Assembly: GCA_001783565.1 (NCBI GenBank)
Contig: MFMT01000023.1
Location: 1-42,512 of the forward strand
Reading direction: 5' to 3'
DNA: 42,512 nt
Origin: Candidatus Kaiserbacteria bacterium RIFOXYD1_FULL_42_15
GTDB taxonomy: Bacteria > Patescibacteriota > Minisyncoccia > Phycocordibacterales > UBA918
Positions 26,679 through 35,079 of this stretch are shown here, piece by piece. Each line of letters begins with the position of its first letter. Positions within the stretch are counted from its first letter, which is position 1. Under the pieces are notes generated by a model. The model worked only from the letters and a program-made list of their open reading frames with translations, did not search any database and was not told where the DNA came from. Made by a program: the position numbers and the translations under genes.

Positions 26679-27125
26679 ATGAACACCTCACCAAATATTC
26701 AGCTGATCCTCGATATTCTTAAAAATGAAGCTGATGGCAATGTAAAAGTAGCTTTAACTAAAATGACCAAAGATTACAAAATGACCTGGATGTACCAAGG
26801 AAAAGAAGATTTATTTCCGACTACCAGTAATGATGTAGATGCTGAACTCGAAGATGTCTATCCTATCAAGGGTCGTGAGTATGATATTCGTAACATTGCC
26901 GAAGGTGAAAATGTCGTGATGATTGAAATGATTGAAAGTTATCCCGATCCAGACGATGGACAAATGTATCGAACGCCGCAAGTGATTGTTCTTGAGTTAA
27001 AGGACGGTTTGATTCGTACCGGCAGACACTATACTGACCCACGATTGTCGTTTATGAAACTGACGAGGGAGCAGCTGGACAGTGTTTTGCGCGATACAAA
27101 AACCAAGAAAATAATCTCGGAATAA
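26679..27125 (+). CDS. NTF2/SnoaL-like fold protein
   Basis: 148-aa ORF whose size and pattern (...VVMIEMIESYPDPDDGQMYRTPQVIVLELKDGLIRTGRHYTDP) are consistent with a SnoaL/ketosteroid-isomerase-like fold. TACAAT lies 8 nt before the ATG. Confidence 0.4.
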   Translation: MNTSPNIQLILDILKNEADGNVKVALTKMTKDYKMTWMYQGKEDLFPTTSNDVDAELEDVYPIKGREYDIRNIAEGENVVMIEMIESYPDPDDGQMYRTPQVIVLELKDGLIRTGRHYTDPRLSFMKLTREQLDSVLRDTKTKKIISE

Positions 27126-27255
27126 TTTCTCGGGTGTAGTCAGATATGATTTATACTTGCATGACCCAGTAATCACGTTTGAAAAATTACTTTTGATTTG
27201 TTTATTCCTCCCTAAAGTTCAATACTATTGAACTGTGAGAGAATTTTTTGTTTCT

Positions 27256-27284
27256 TTGACACCATTGCTTTTCAGCGTTATAAT
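27256..27284 (+). promoter_or_regulatory. consensus sigma-70-type promoter of the grpE-dnaK operon
   Basis: TTGACA (27256-27261), an exact 17-nt spacer, then TATAAT (27279-27284). The grpE ATG at 27291 lies only 6 nt downstream. Confidence 0.65.
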
Positions 27285-27290
27285 GTAAAT

Positions 27291-27896
27291 ATGGTGAACA
27301 AAAAAGAACACAATCCCAATCAGGATGACATCGAAATCACCAGCGAATCGTCTGAAATTATGGAACCTGAATTGGAGGATGTTGAAAATACAGCAAATCA
27401 AAAAATTAAAATTTTACGAGATAAACTTAAAGAAACAGAAGCTAAACTAATGGACTTACGTGAAGAACTTCAGCGCTCGAAAGCAGATTTTTTAAACGCT
27501 AAACGGCGGCTTGAGGAGGAACGTTTACAAGATCGTAAACGCACGATAAATAAACACATAGAAAAACTACTCCCCATTTGCGACAGTTTTTATCTAGCCA
27601 TGTTAGATAAAGAAACTTGGGCTAAAGCCGATGAAAAGTGGCGATTGGGTATAGAGGGGATTTATAGTCAATTAATGTCGCTATTGAACTCTTATCAAGT
27701 TTCTGGCTATGACCCAACTGGTGAAGTGTTTGATCATAATCGCCATGAGGCACTAGCTATGGTACCTGTTACAGAACCCGAACAAGACAACCATGTATTA
27801 ACCGTTATTCAACTTGGTTATGAAATTATCAACAGTGATCATACTGACATAATCAGACCAGCTCGAGTGACTGTTGGAGAATTAAAAAGTAATTAA
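27291..27896 (+). CDS. grpE: nucleotide exchange factor GrpE
   Basis: I prefer the ATG at 27291, because the upstream part of the 27228 ORF covers the promoter. It has a coiled-coil N-terminus and the GrpE core ...DSFYLAM...GYDPTGEVFDHNRHEALAMV. Confidence 0.9.
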   Translation: MVNKKEHNPNQDDIEITSESSEIMEPELEDVENTANQKIKILRDKLKETEAKLMDLREELQRSKADFLNAKRRLEEERLQDRKRTINKHIEKLLPICDSFYLAMLDKETWAKADEKWRLGIEGIYSQLMSLLNSYQVSGYDPTGEVFDHNRHEALAMVPVTEPEQDNHVLTVIQLGYEIINSDHTDIIRPARVTVGELKSN

Positions 27897-27926
27897 ATTT
27901 ATAAATAAAAAATTAACTTTAACATT

Positions 27927-29822
27927 ATGGCAAAAATTTTAGGAATTGATCTTGGAACTACTAACTCAGCTATGGCCATCATTGAGGCAGGTGAACCAAC
28001 CATTATTGAAAATATTGAAGGTGTCCGCACTACGCCATCTGTGGTGGCGATATCAAAAACCAATGAGCGTTTGGTGGGACAAATTGCTAAACGCCAAGCC
28101 GTAACTAACCCTACCAACACTATCTATGGTATCAAGCGCTTCATGGGGCACACCTTTGATGAAGAAGCGGTGCAAAAAGACAAAGCTATCGTACCGTACG
28201 AGATAAAGAAAGGAAGCGACGGTGGCGCAATAGTGGTAATGGGTGGCAAGGATTATCGACCAGAGGAAGTATCAGCTATGATTCTTACTAAGTTGAAGGC
28301 AGACGCAGAAGCAAAGACTGGTGAGAAAATAACCGAAGCAGTTATTACAGTGCCAGCTTATTTTAATGACTCACAGCGAAAAGCGACCCAAGATGCTGGC
28401 AAGATTGCTGGACTCGAAGTTAGACGAATCATAAATGAGCCAACTGCGGCTGCTCTGGCTTACGGCTTCAATAAAAAAAAGGAAGAGAAGATTGTTGTTT
28501 TTGACTTTGGTGGTGGAACCTTTGATGTGTCAGTACTTGAAGTCGGTGATGATGTCATAGAAGTACAATCTTCAGATGGTGATGCCCATATGGGTGGACG
28601 TGATATTGATCAGGATATTGTGCAATACTTAATTGACACTTTCAAAGGCTCTGACGGCATCGATCTTAAAAAGGACAAGTTGGCCCTGCAACGACTCGAT
28701 GAAGCAGCCGAAAAGGCTAAATTGGAGCTTTCAACTACCAGTGAAACTGAGGTTAACATCCCTTTTATTTCTTCTGATAGTGACGGCCCAAAACATTTAC
28801 AAATAAAGATTAGTCGTGCCAAGCTTGAGGAAATTGCTCACGAATATATTGACCGTTCAATTGAGATTACCAAACGCTCTATGGAAGCATCTGGATTGAA
28901 AATTTCAGAAATTGATGAAATTATTTTAGTTGGTGGTCAGACTCGTATGCCAGCCATCATATCAGCAGTTAAAGAATTATTTGGCAAAGAGCCAAATAAA
29001 AGCATAAATCCAGACGAGGTGGTCGCTCTCGGAGCTGCCATTCAAGCTGGTATTTTCCAAGGAGACGTTCAGGACATTACACTGGTAGACGTGATTCCTC
29101 TCTCACTAGGTATCGAAACCATGGGTGGAGTAACCACAAAATTAATTGAGCGAAATACTCATATTCCAACCAAAAAGGAACAAGTATTCTCGACCGCAGC
29201 TGACAATCAGACTTCGACTGAAATTCACATCACTCAGGGTGAGAGATCGATGGCTACTGATAACAAATCACTGGGACGATTTGTGCTTGATGGTATTCCA
29301 CCAGCACCACGAGGTATTCCGCAAATCGAGGTGGCCTTTGATGTTGATAGTAACGGTGTGCTTAAGGTGACTGCTAAAGATAAAGCCACTGGAAAAGTTC
29401 AATCGATTAAAATTGAAGCTAGTTCAGGTTTATCAGACACTGATATTGAGCGCATGAAAAAAGAGGCGGATGATCACGCCGATGAAGACACCAAGAAAAA
29501 AGAGCTCATCGATACAAAAAATCATGCCGAACAAATGATCTATACAGCCGAAAAAGCTTTGAAGGATCATGGCGATAAAGTTTCATCTGAAATTAAAGAT
29601 GATGTTACTGCTAAGATTACATCCCTAAATGATGTGAAATCCAAGGATAACAAAGAGGATATTGCCACCGCCACCGAAGCGCTCAGTTCAGCCATGCAGA
29701 AAATTGGTGAAACGATGAATAAAGAGACAGCTACTGAAACATCCACAGAAGCTACTAAGGACGGAGAACAAGTACGCGATGCGGAAGTTAAAGAAGAAAA
29801 CTCAGACAATACTGGAAAATAG
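27927..29822 (+). CDS. dnaK: molecular chaperone DnaK (Hsp70)
   Basis: 631 aa. [19 protein letters not shown], and full-length Hsp70 architecture. Confidence 0.97.
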   Translation: MAKILGIDLGTTNSAMAIIEAGEPTIIENIEGVRTTPSVVAISKTNERLVGQIAKRQAVTNPTNTIYGIKRFMGHTFDEEAVQKDKAIVPYEIKKGSDGGAIVVMGGKDYRPEEVSAMILTKLKADAEAKTGEKITEAVITVPAYFNDSQRKATQDAGKIAGLEVRRIINEPTAAALAYGFNKKKEEKIVVFDFGGGTFDVSVLEVGDDVIEVQSSDGDAHMGGRDIDQDIVQYLIDTFKGSDGIDLKKDKLALQRLDEAAEKAKLELSTTSETEVNIPFISSDSDGPKHLQIKISRAKLEEIAHEYIDRSIEITKRSMEASGLKISEIDEIILVGGQTRMPAIISAVKELFGKEPNKSINPDEVVALGAAIQAGIFQGDVQDITLVDVIPLSLGIETMGGVTTKLIERNTHIPTKKEQVFSTAADNQTSTEIHITQGERSMATDNKSLGRFVLDGIPPAPRGIPQIEVAFDVDSNGVLKVTAKDKATGKVQSIKIEASSGLSDTDIERMKKEADDHADEDTKKKELIDTKNHAEQMIYTAEKALKDHGDKVSSEIKDDVTAKITSLNDVKSKDNKEDIATATEALSSAMQKIGETMNKETATETSTEATKDGEQVRDAEVKEENSDNTGK

Positions 29823-29826
29823 TGCT

Positions 29827-29865
29827 AGAAAATGAGTGCAAATTTTATTTTTGCACTCATTTTCT
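29827..29865 (+). terminator. perfect 16-bp stem hairpin between dnaK and dnaJ (attenuator or terminator)
   Basis: AGAAAATGAGTGCAAA-TTTTATT-TTTGCACTCATTTTCT. A CATAAT -10-like box follows at about 29874. Confidence 0.6.
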
Positions 29866-29889
29866 AACTGTGGCATAATTACCTAAACT

Positions 29890-30966
29890 ATGAAAGATTA
29901 CTATCAAATTCTCGGACTTCAAAAAGGTGCCTCTCGCGAGGAGGTTAAGAAAGCTTTTCGCAAGCTTTCTTCGCAGTATCACCCCGACAAGAAAACTGGT
30001 GACGAATCCAGATACAAGGAAATAACCGAGGCCTACGCTACCTTAGGCGATGAAAAGAAAAAGGCCGAATATGATACCTATGGTCATTCATTTAGTGGCG
30101 GAGGCGGTAATACTGGTGGTGGTGGACAAGGATTTGGTGGTTTTAATTGGGCTGATTTTCAGAACGCTGGCCAGGGTGGGGAATTTGAATTTGACATTAG
30201 TGATATTTTTGAAAACTTTGGCTTTGGTGGTGGTAGACAAAAAACTGCGCGCGGGCGAGACATTTCAATTGACATTAATTTAGGATTTGAGGAATCAATT
30301 TTCGGAGTGATTCGTAAGGTTCTTCTCACTAAAAATAATATTTGTCAATCATGTAACGGTACTGGTGCTAAGACTGGGACAGAAATGAAAACCTGTACCA
30401 CCTGCAATGGAGCAGGAAAAATCCACGAAACCCGTCAAAGTATCATGGGAAGTTTTTCAACTGTCCGTGAATGTTCAGCTTGTAATGGTACTGGCAAAGT
30501 TCCTAAGGAACGTTGCCCACACTGTGCTGGTGCGGGGATTGCGCGCACTCAAGAAGAAATTGAGATTAAGATACCGACCGGAATTCAAAATGGGGAAGTC
30601 ATTCGTATGACTGGGCGAGGTGAAGCTATGCCCCATGGACAACCCGGCGATTTATATATCAAGGTTCATGTCGAGCCCCATGCCAACATTAAGCGTGACG
30701 GCACTACCTTACTGACAAAATTACCAATAAAAATTACTGACGCTCTACTTGGTGGCAACTACAAAGTTGAAACCCTAGATGGGGTAGTTGAAATAAAAAT
30801 ACCGGCCGGCATCACCCATGGCGAGTTTCTTCGCATCAAAAACAAAGGCGTTCCAATTGACAACCGTCGCGGTGAATTCCTAGTCAAAATAGAAATCGAA
30901 ACCCCCAAACAACTATCCCGCAAAGCCAAGAAACTAATCGAAGACCTCCGCGCCGAAGGCATCTAA
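29890..30966 (+). CDS. dnaJ: molecular chaperone DnaJ
   Basis: 358 aa. It has a J domain with HPD (YHPDK), a G/F-rich region, and four CxxCxGxG zinc-finger repeats. Confidence 0.95.
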   Translation: MKDYYQILGLQKGASREEVKKAFRKLSSQYHPDKKTGDESRYKEITEAYATLGDEKKKAEYDTYGHSFSGGGGNTGGGGQGFGGFNWADFQNAGQGGEFEFDISDIFENFGFGGGRQKTARGRDISIDINLGFEESIFGVIRKVLLTKNNICQSCNGTGAKTGTEMKTCTTCNGAGKIHETRQSIMGSFSTVRECSACNGTGKVPKERCPHCAGAGIARTQEEIEIKIPTGIQNGEVIRMTGRGEAMPHGQPGDLYIKVHVEPHANIKRDGTTLLTKLPIKITDALLGGNYKVETLDGVVEIKIPAGITHGEFLRIKNKGVPIDNRRGEFLVKIEIETPKQLSRKAKKLIEDLRAEGI

Positions 30967-30970
30967 CCCT

Positions 30971-30997
30971 AAACTTAGGGGTTAAACCCCTAAGTTT
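30971..30997. repeat. REP-like hairpin, left flank of the RAYT gene
   Basis: AAACTTAGGGG-TTAAA-CCCCTAAGTTT, an 11-bp stem. It overlaps the RAYT stop codon by 1 nt and lies 4 nt after the dnaJ stop. Confidence 0.85.
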
Positions 30998-31626
30998 TAC
31001 TCTAGGGTATCGGATGATTTTGATTTTAGTCTCCTTAAATAAATATCATTAGCCAGAAATACGGCGTCTTTAAACGAGTAATCAACCTGTTCAACACTGT
31101 ATAATAGCTTGCTTCTAGATATATTTTGATAGTGCAGTGAACTGGAGTGACATATTTCTCTCTCCATTTTTATATTATGCACAAAATGATTTTCATTTAC
31201 ATATGCGAGTAGATAGTTGTATTGTTCATCTGAGTTAACATGAACTCGCTTAAATGTTCCCTGGAACAATGCTCCTGATCTATCATTATCTAAATTGTAA
31301 TAACTAGTATACCCACCACTGACTCTTTTCATGAACTCACTAATACCACCATCGATATTTTGTTTTAAAATTAAATGAATGTGATTAGGTAATAGAGAGT
31401 ATGCCTTTATATTCACCAAACGTTCAGCATTTGTGAATATCTTTTTGTGGGCTAATGCAAAATCAAAATTGATTACTGGTTCTATTGAATTAAACAAATC
31501 AAGTGATTGATAAAAACGTAAATAGTCACGTTTTGATGCAAAAACTTCCCGTTTATCAACACCACGATTAAACACGTGGTATATTTCACCAGTCAGCAAT
31601 GGAACAATTTTTCTTGACATAACCAT
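30997..31626 (-). CDS. REP-associated tyrosine transposase (RAYT, IS200/IS605-like HUH Y1 transposase)
   Basis: 209 aa. It has the N-terminal YHVFNRGVDKREVF, the HUH motif LLPNHIHLIL, and a C-terminal catalytic-Tyr region LAYVNENHFVH. Confidence 0.85.
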   Translation of the reverse strand: MVMSRKIVPLLTGEIYHVFNRGVDKREVFASKRDYLRFYQSLDLFNSIEPVINFDFALAHKKIFTNAERLVNIKAYSLLPNHIHLILKQNIDGGISEFMKRVSGGYTSYYNLDNDRSGALFQGTFKRVHVNSDEQYNYLLAYVNENHFVHNIKMEREICHSSSLHYQNISRSKLLYSVEQVDYSFKDAVFLANDIYLRRLKSKSSDTLE

Positions 31627-31634
31627 ATTATATC

Positions 31635-31661
31635 AAACTTAGGGGTTTAACCCCTAAGTTT
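31635..31661. repeat. REP-like hairpin, right flank of the RAYT gene
   Basis: AAACTTAGGGG-TTTAA-CCCCTAAGTTT is the exact reverse complement of the left hairpin. It lies 8 nt upstream of the RAYT ATG. Confidence 0.85.
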
Positions 31662-31721
31662 TTATCCCAAGGTGATAAAGCGCTAGCTGTTGATTAATCT
31701 TATAATGTAGATAAGTAAACT

Positions 31722-32207
31722 ATGGACACGGCATACATATTTAGTATTCTTCAGGAACTGATTTATATCTTGGTAGTCTTTGGTTTTTTTCTTGGTTATG
31801 CCATTTTTCGGGGCCGGCAAGCAATCATTAATTTGATTACCGGACTTTATTTAGCATTACTTATTTCATTGGAATTTCCGTACTACGACATCCTCCTCTC
31901 ACAAGCAACAACTGCTCATAGTCAATCAATAGTGAAGCTAATTCTATTTGCTATATTTACATTATTAACTACTATTCTAGTCACTCGGATTATGCCTGAT
32001 GAATACCGAGAGAAAAAAATTGAAAGCATTTTCAAAAAAATACTTTTAGCAATGGCAGGCACCATACTCATCACGGTCTTTAGTTTTCATGTCCTACCCG
32101 TCACCGAATTCCTTACCCCTGGCACACCCATCCAATCTCTCTTTGCCCCCGCTCAATACTTCTTCTGGTGGCTGTTAGCTCCGTTGCTAGTTTTGTATTT
32201 GAATTAA
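31722..32207 (+). CDS. integral membrane protein (4-5 TM), unknown function
   Basis: 161-aa hydrophobic ORF. It is possibly CvpA-like, but I cannot support that assignment. Confidence 0.45.
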   Translation: MDTAYIFSILQELIYILVVFGFFLGYAIFRGRQAIINLITGLYLALLISLEFPYYDILLSQATTAHSQSIVKLILFAIFTLLTTILVTRIMPDEYREKKIESIFKKILLAMAGTILITVFSFHVLPVTEFLTPGTPIQSLFAPAQYFFWWLLAPLLVLYLN

Positions 32208-32242
32208 ATACAACAAAAACCCATTTTGGGTCTTTTAAAACA

Positions 32243-32270
32243 TTGACATTTATCTACAGTAGTGTATAAT
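32243..32270 (+). promoter_or_regulatory. sigma-70-type promoter upstream of the AdoMetDC-like gene
   Basis: TTGACA (32243-32248), a 16-nt spacer, then TATAAT (32265-32270). This leaves an ~80-nt leader before the ATG at 32356. Confidence 0.5.
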
Positions 32271-32355
32271 CTAAATACAAATTATATATTATCAATGCAG
32301 GTTGTTCATATTCTGATATTGACAAAATGAGCATTCTAACCAAGTATACTAAAGT

Positions 32356-32763
32356 ATGAAAAATGATTTGAAAGTTGAACAGTTTGGAATTCACTATATG
32401 TTGGATGGTTATGGAGCAGATGCTGTGATACTCAGTGACGCGGTAGCTCTTCGTCATATACTTGATACTCTACCAACCAAAATGGGCATGCACGCCATAA
32501 ACGAACCGGTAGTGGTGGAAGTTGGTGCTAAAAACCGCAAAGATCCAGGGGGTATCAGTGGTTTTGTGATGATTGCTGAAAGTCATATTAGTTTTCACAC
32601 TTTTCCGAAGCGTGGTTTTGTGACAATTGATGTCTACACTTGCCAAAATGAGCTTGATACAGACAAACTCACTCGTGAATTCACTGAGTTTTTCAAATTA
32701 AAAGAAGTTGACGAGTATACAAAAAAGAGGGGGACGAAATACCCTGTTGAGAATATTTACTAA
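32356..32763 (+). CDS. pyruvoyl-dependent S-adenosylmethionine decarboxylase family proenzyme (class 1b, SpeH/SpeD-like)
   Basis: 135 aa. The self-cleavage/active-site signature VMIAESHISFHTFPKRGFVTIDVYTC is present. Substrate specificity cannot be read from the sequence. Confidence 0.85.
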   Translation: MKNDLKVEQFGIHYMLDGYGADAVILSDAVALRHILDTLPTKMGMHAINEPVVVEVGAKNRKDPGGISGFVMIAESHISFHTFPKRGFVTIDVYTCQNELDTDKLTREFTEFFKLKEVDEYTKKRGTKYPVENIY

Positions 32764-32780
32764 GATAATTACTGTAAGAC

Positions 32781-33821
32781 ATGCCTAAAATCAACAAAGG
32801 TGGATATTTGAAGGAGAAAATTGAACACATTGATATCAAAAAGCATGATACTCGTGCGCTGATTAATGATATGAGTAAAATGTCATTTTCTGCTCGTGAC
32901 CTAGCTCGAGCAAGTGATATTTATGACATGATGTTGAAGGATAAGAAATGTACAATCTTCCTTACGTTAGCTGGTAGTACTAGCGTCGCTGGTTGCATGC
33001 AGGTGTATGTGGACATGGTTAAAAATAATATGGTTGATGCTATCGTTTCTACTGGTGCATCAATAGCTGATATGGATTTTTTTGAAGCATTAGGAAATAG
33101 ACACTATAAAGGGACACCCGAGGTTGATGACGCTGATCTCCGCAATCACTTAGTTGACCGTATATACGATACTTTTATCGATGAAGAGGCACTTGAAAAA
33201 AGTGATTTGACGATTAAAGAAATCGCTGACGGTCTAGAGGCTAGAACGTACGCACCATGGGAGCTAATTTATGAAATGGGAAAATGGCTATCCAATAATC
33301 CAAAGAGAGCCAAAAAACAAGATTCTTTAATACAGGTTGCCTACGAACACAACGTTCCTATTTTCTGCCCAAGCTTTTCTGATAGTGGTGCTGGTTTTGG
33401 TATTGCTCTTCACTATATGGGAAGACCTGACTCACACCTTGTTATTGACACCACCCTAGACTTCATTTCGATTACTAAACTTAAAATACAAGCTGAAACC
33501 ACTGGTTTATTAATGGTTGGTGGTGGTGTTCCAAAGAATTTTACTCAAGATACCGTCATAGCAGCAGAAATGTTTGGCAAGGTAGTAGACATGCACAAAT
33601 ACACCGTTCAAATTACCGTGGCTGATGTTAGAGATGGAGCACTTTCTAGTTCAACTCTCAAGGAAGCAGGGTCATGGGGAAAGGTAAGCAAAACTTATGA
33701 GCAAATGGTATTTTCCGAAGCTACTATGTCCGTACCACTTTTAGCTGCTTATGGCTATCACAGTGGCGGTTGGAAAAAAAGAAAACACCATAATTATATT
33801 AAATTCTTAAAACGCGTCTAG
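32781..33821 (+). CDS. deoxyhypusine synthase family protein (DHS-like / homospermidine-synthase-like)
   Basis: 346 aa. It has LAGSTSVAGC, DAIVSTGASIADMD and GGGVPKNF, and a catalytic-Lys context EAGSWGKV comparable to EAVSWGK of DHS. Confidence 0.85.
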   Translation: MPKINKGGYLKEKIEHIDIKKHDTRALINDMSKMSFSARDLARASDIYDMMLKDKKCTIFLTLAGSTSVAGCMQVYVDMVKNNMVDAIVSTGASIADMDFFEALGNRHYKGTPEVDDADLRNHLVDRIYDTFIDEEALEKSDLTIKEIADGLEARTYAPWELIYEMGKWLSNNPKRAKKQDSLIQVAYEHNVPIFCPSFSDSGAGFGIALHYMGRPDSHLVIDTTLDFISITKLKIQAETTGLLMVGGGVPKNFTQDTVIAAEMFGKVVDMHKYTVQITVADVRDGALSSSTLKEAGSWGKVSKTYEQMVFSEATMSVPLLAAYGYHSGGWKKRKHHNYIKFLKRV

Positions 33822-33881
33822 AGTCATTAACACTGATAACACTTACTGTTGAACGTTAAAAAAAATTGAAATGATCTAGGC

Positions 33882-34970
33882 ATGACAATAGCAATAATAT
33901 CTACAGCCATTAGTTCTGTTTGCATGGCCCTAATGATTGTAACTGATAAACTGATGCTGAATCAGTGCTATGAAAGTAAACCTAGACAAGCATGGTTTAT
34001 TAGTTCTCTTGCCGGTTCAGTATTTGGATTGATTCTTACATTTATAATGTGGGGAGCTATTGCTGCAGTTAGTACCAGTGGTACGTTTATCATGTTGCTT
34101 TCTGCAAGTATAGACCTATTCTTTTGGCAGGGTTTAGTTGTTTTAGTGGCTGGTATTTTGGGTATTCAAATATTATTTCACTATTTTAATTGTTTTGGTG
34201 AAGAAGCGAGCTCAGCTTCAGTAGCTGCCTGGATTGCAGCCACACCAATTTTTATATTACTTACTTTTGTATTTTTAGGTCTTATCAGCCAACTTACAGG
34301 TTTCTACACAGCTTCCACACTTACCCAGTCAATACATCCTATTTTTGTAATTAGTACCATAATAACAACCTTTGCTTTAATTGGTTTTGAATATGTTTCT
34401 AATTCGGATAAAATTTTTCAAAACAAATACCGCAAAAGTTTGATACTATTGATAAGTTATAATGTTTTTTACAGTATATTACTTCAATATGTACTTAGTA
34501 GTGAACCATGGAAGTATAGTCATAGCATGTATGTTTTAGCCCTACTACCATATCTATGGGTTGGTTTTGCAACTGGTACTAGGGATATTTTAAACAAAAA
34601 TAGGAGAAAGGAAATTTTTGACAATTGGCACTTGAATGTTAAAAAATATTGGAAACTTATTTTAATGGCTGAAATAATTGGAATGTTTGTCTTTTACTTT
34701 GAGTACTTCGGTTTGGCTGACCTGAACGCTGCCTATGTTAGCGTAATTATTGGTGCTCATGTACTACTGGTATACCTATTGGACTTTCTCTTACTTTTGT
34801 ATATACACAGCAAACACAATCATTTTATTAAAATTAATAAAACTCAAACACTGATAATTGATGAAACCATTCCTTTGTATCAGGTAAAAACTATAAAAGC
34901 AAGAATTGTTGAAATTCTTTTTTTAACAACTACGGTTGTTGGTATTATTGTTACCACAATGTATATATAA
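33882..34970 (+). CDS. polytopic membrane protein (~10 TM), possible transporter
   Basis: 362-aa very hydrophobic ORF with two halves of about 5 TM each. No family motif recognised. Confidence 0.55.
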   Translation: MTIAIISTAISSVCMALMIVTDKLMLNQCYESKPRQAWFISSLAGSVFGLILTFIMWGAIAAVSTSGTFIMLLSASIDLFFWQGLVVLVAGILGIQILFHYFNCFGEEASSASVAAWIAATPIFILLTFVFLGLISQLTGFYTASTLTQSIHPIFVISTIITTFALIGFEYVSNSDKIFQNKYRKSLILLISYNVFYSILLQYVLSSEPWKYSHSMYVLALLPYLWVGFATGTRDILNKNRRKEIFDNWHLNVKKYWKLILMAEIIGMFVFYFEYFGLADLNAAYVSVIIGAHVLLVYLLDFLLLLYIHSKHNHFIKINKTQTLIIDETIPLYQVKTIKARIVEILFLTTTVVGIIVTTMYI

Positions 34971-35079
34971 ACTACTTGGTGGGCTTTATAGCTGTAGATA
35001 AACAACTTGAGAAACTCATACATTACTGTATCTTATAGAGGTACAGTGATGTTTGTCGGTTGTTGTCATACCGCTTTAC

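Larger units (their letters stand above)
30971..31661 (-). mobile_element. REPtron-like unit: a single RAYT gene bracketed by inverted 27-nt hairpin repeats
   Basis: This combines the three features above. It has no second ORF (no tnpB) and sits between dnaJ and a membrane-protein gene. Confidence 0.7.

Noticed and set aside
26325-26686. The two overlapping ORFs 26325-26558 (+) and 26381-26686 (-) as annotated genes.
   Set aside because: Neither has a recognisable family, they exclude each other, the + ORF uses a non-ATG start, and the minus ORF lacks room for a promoter. I kept them only as a question in the findings, not as features.
29827-29865. A CIRCE (HrcA operator) reading of the dnaK-dnaJ hairpin because it contains GAGTGC/GCACTC.
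   Set aside because: CIRCE is TTAGCACTC-N9-GAGTGCTAA. Here the arm order is reversed (GAGTGC..GCACTC), the loop is 7 nt, the flanks differ, and the location after dnaK is wrong. It is more likely an mRNA hairpin.
32254-32457. 67-aa minus-strand ORF overlapping the promoter and 5' end of the AdoMetDC-like gene.
   Set aside because: It overlaps a well-supported + strand gene and its promoter. Its AT-rich, low-complexity translation looks spurious.
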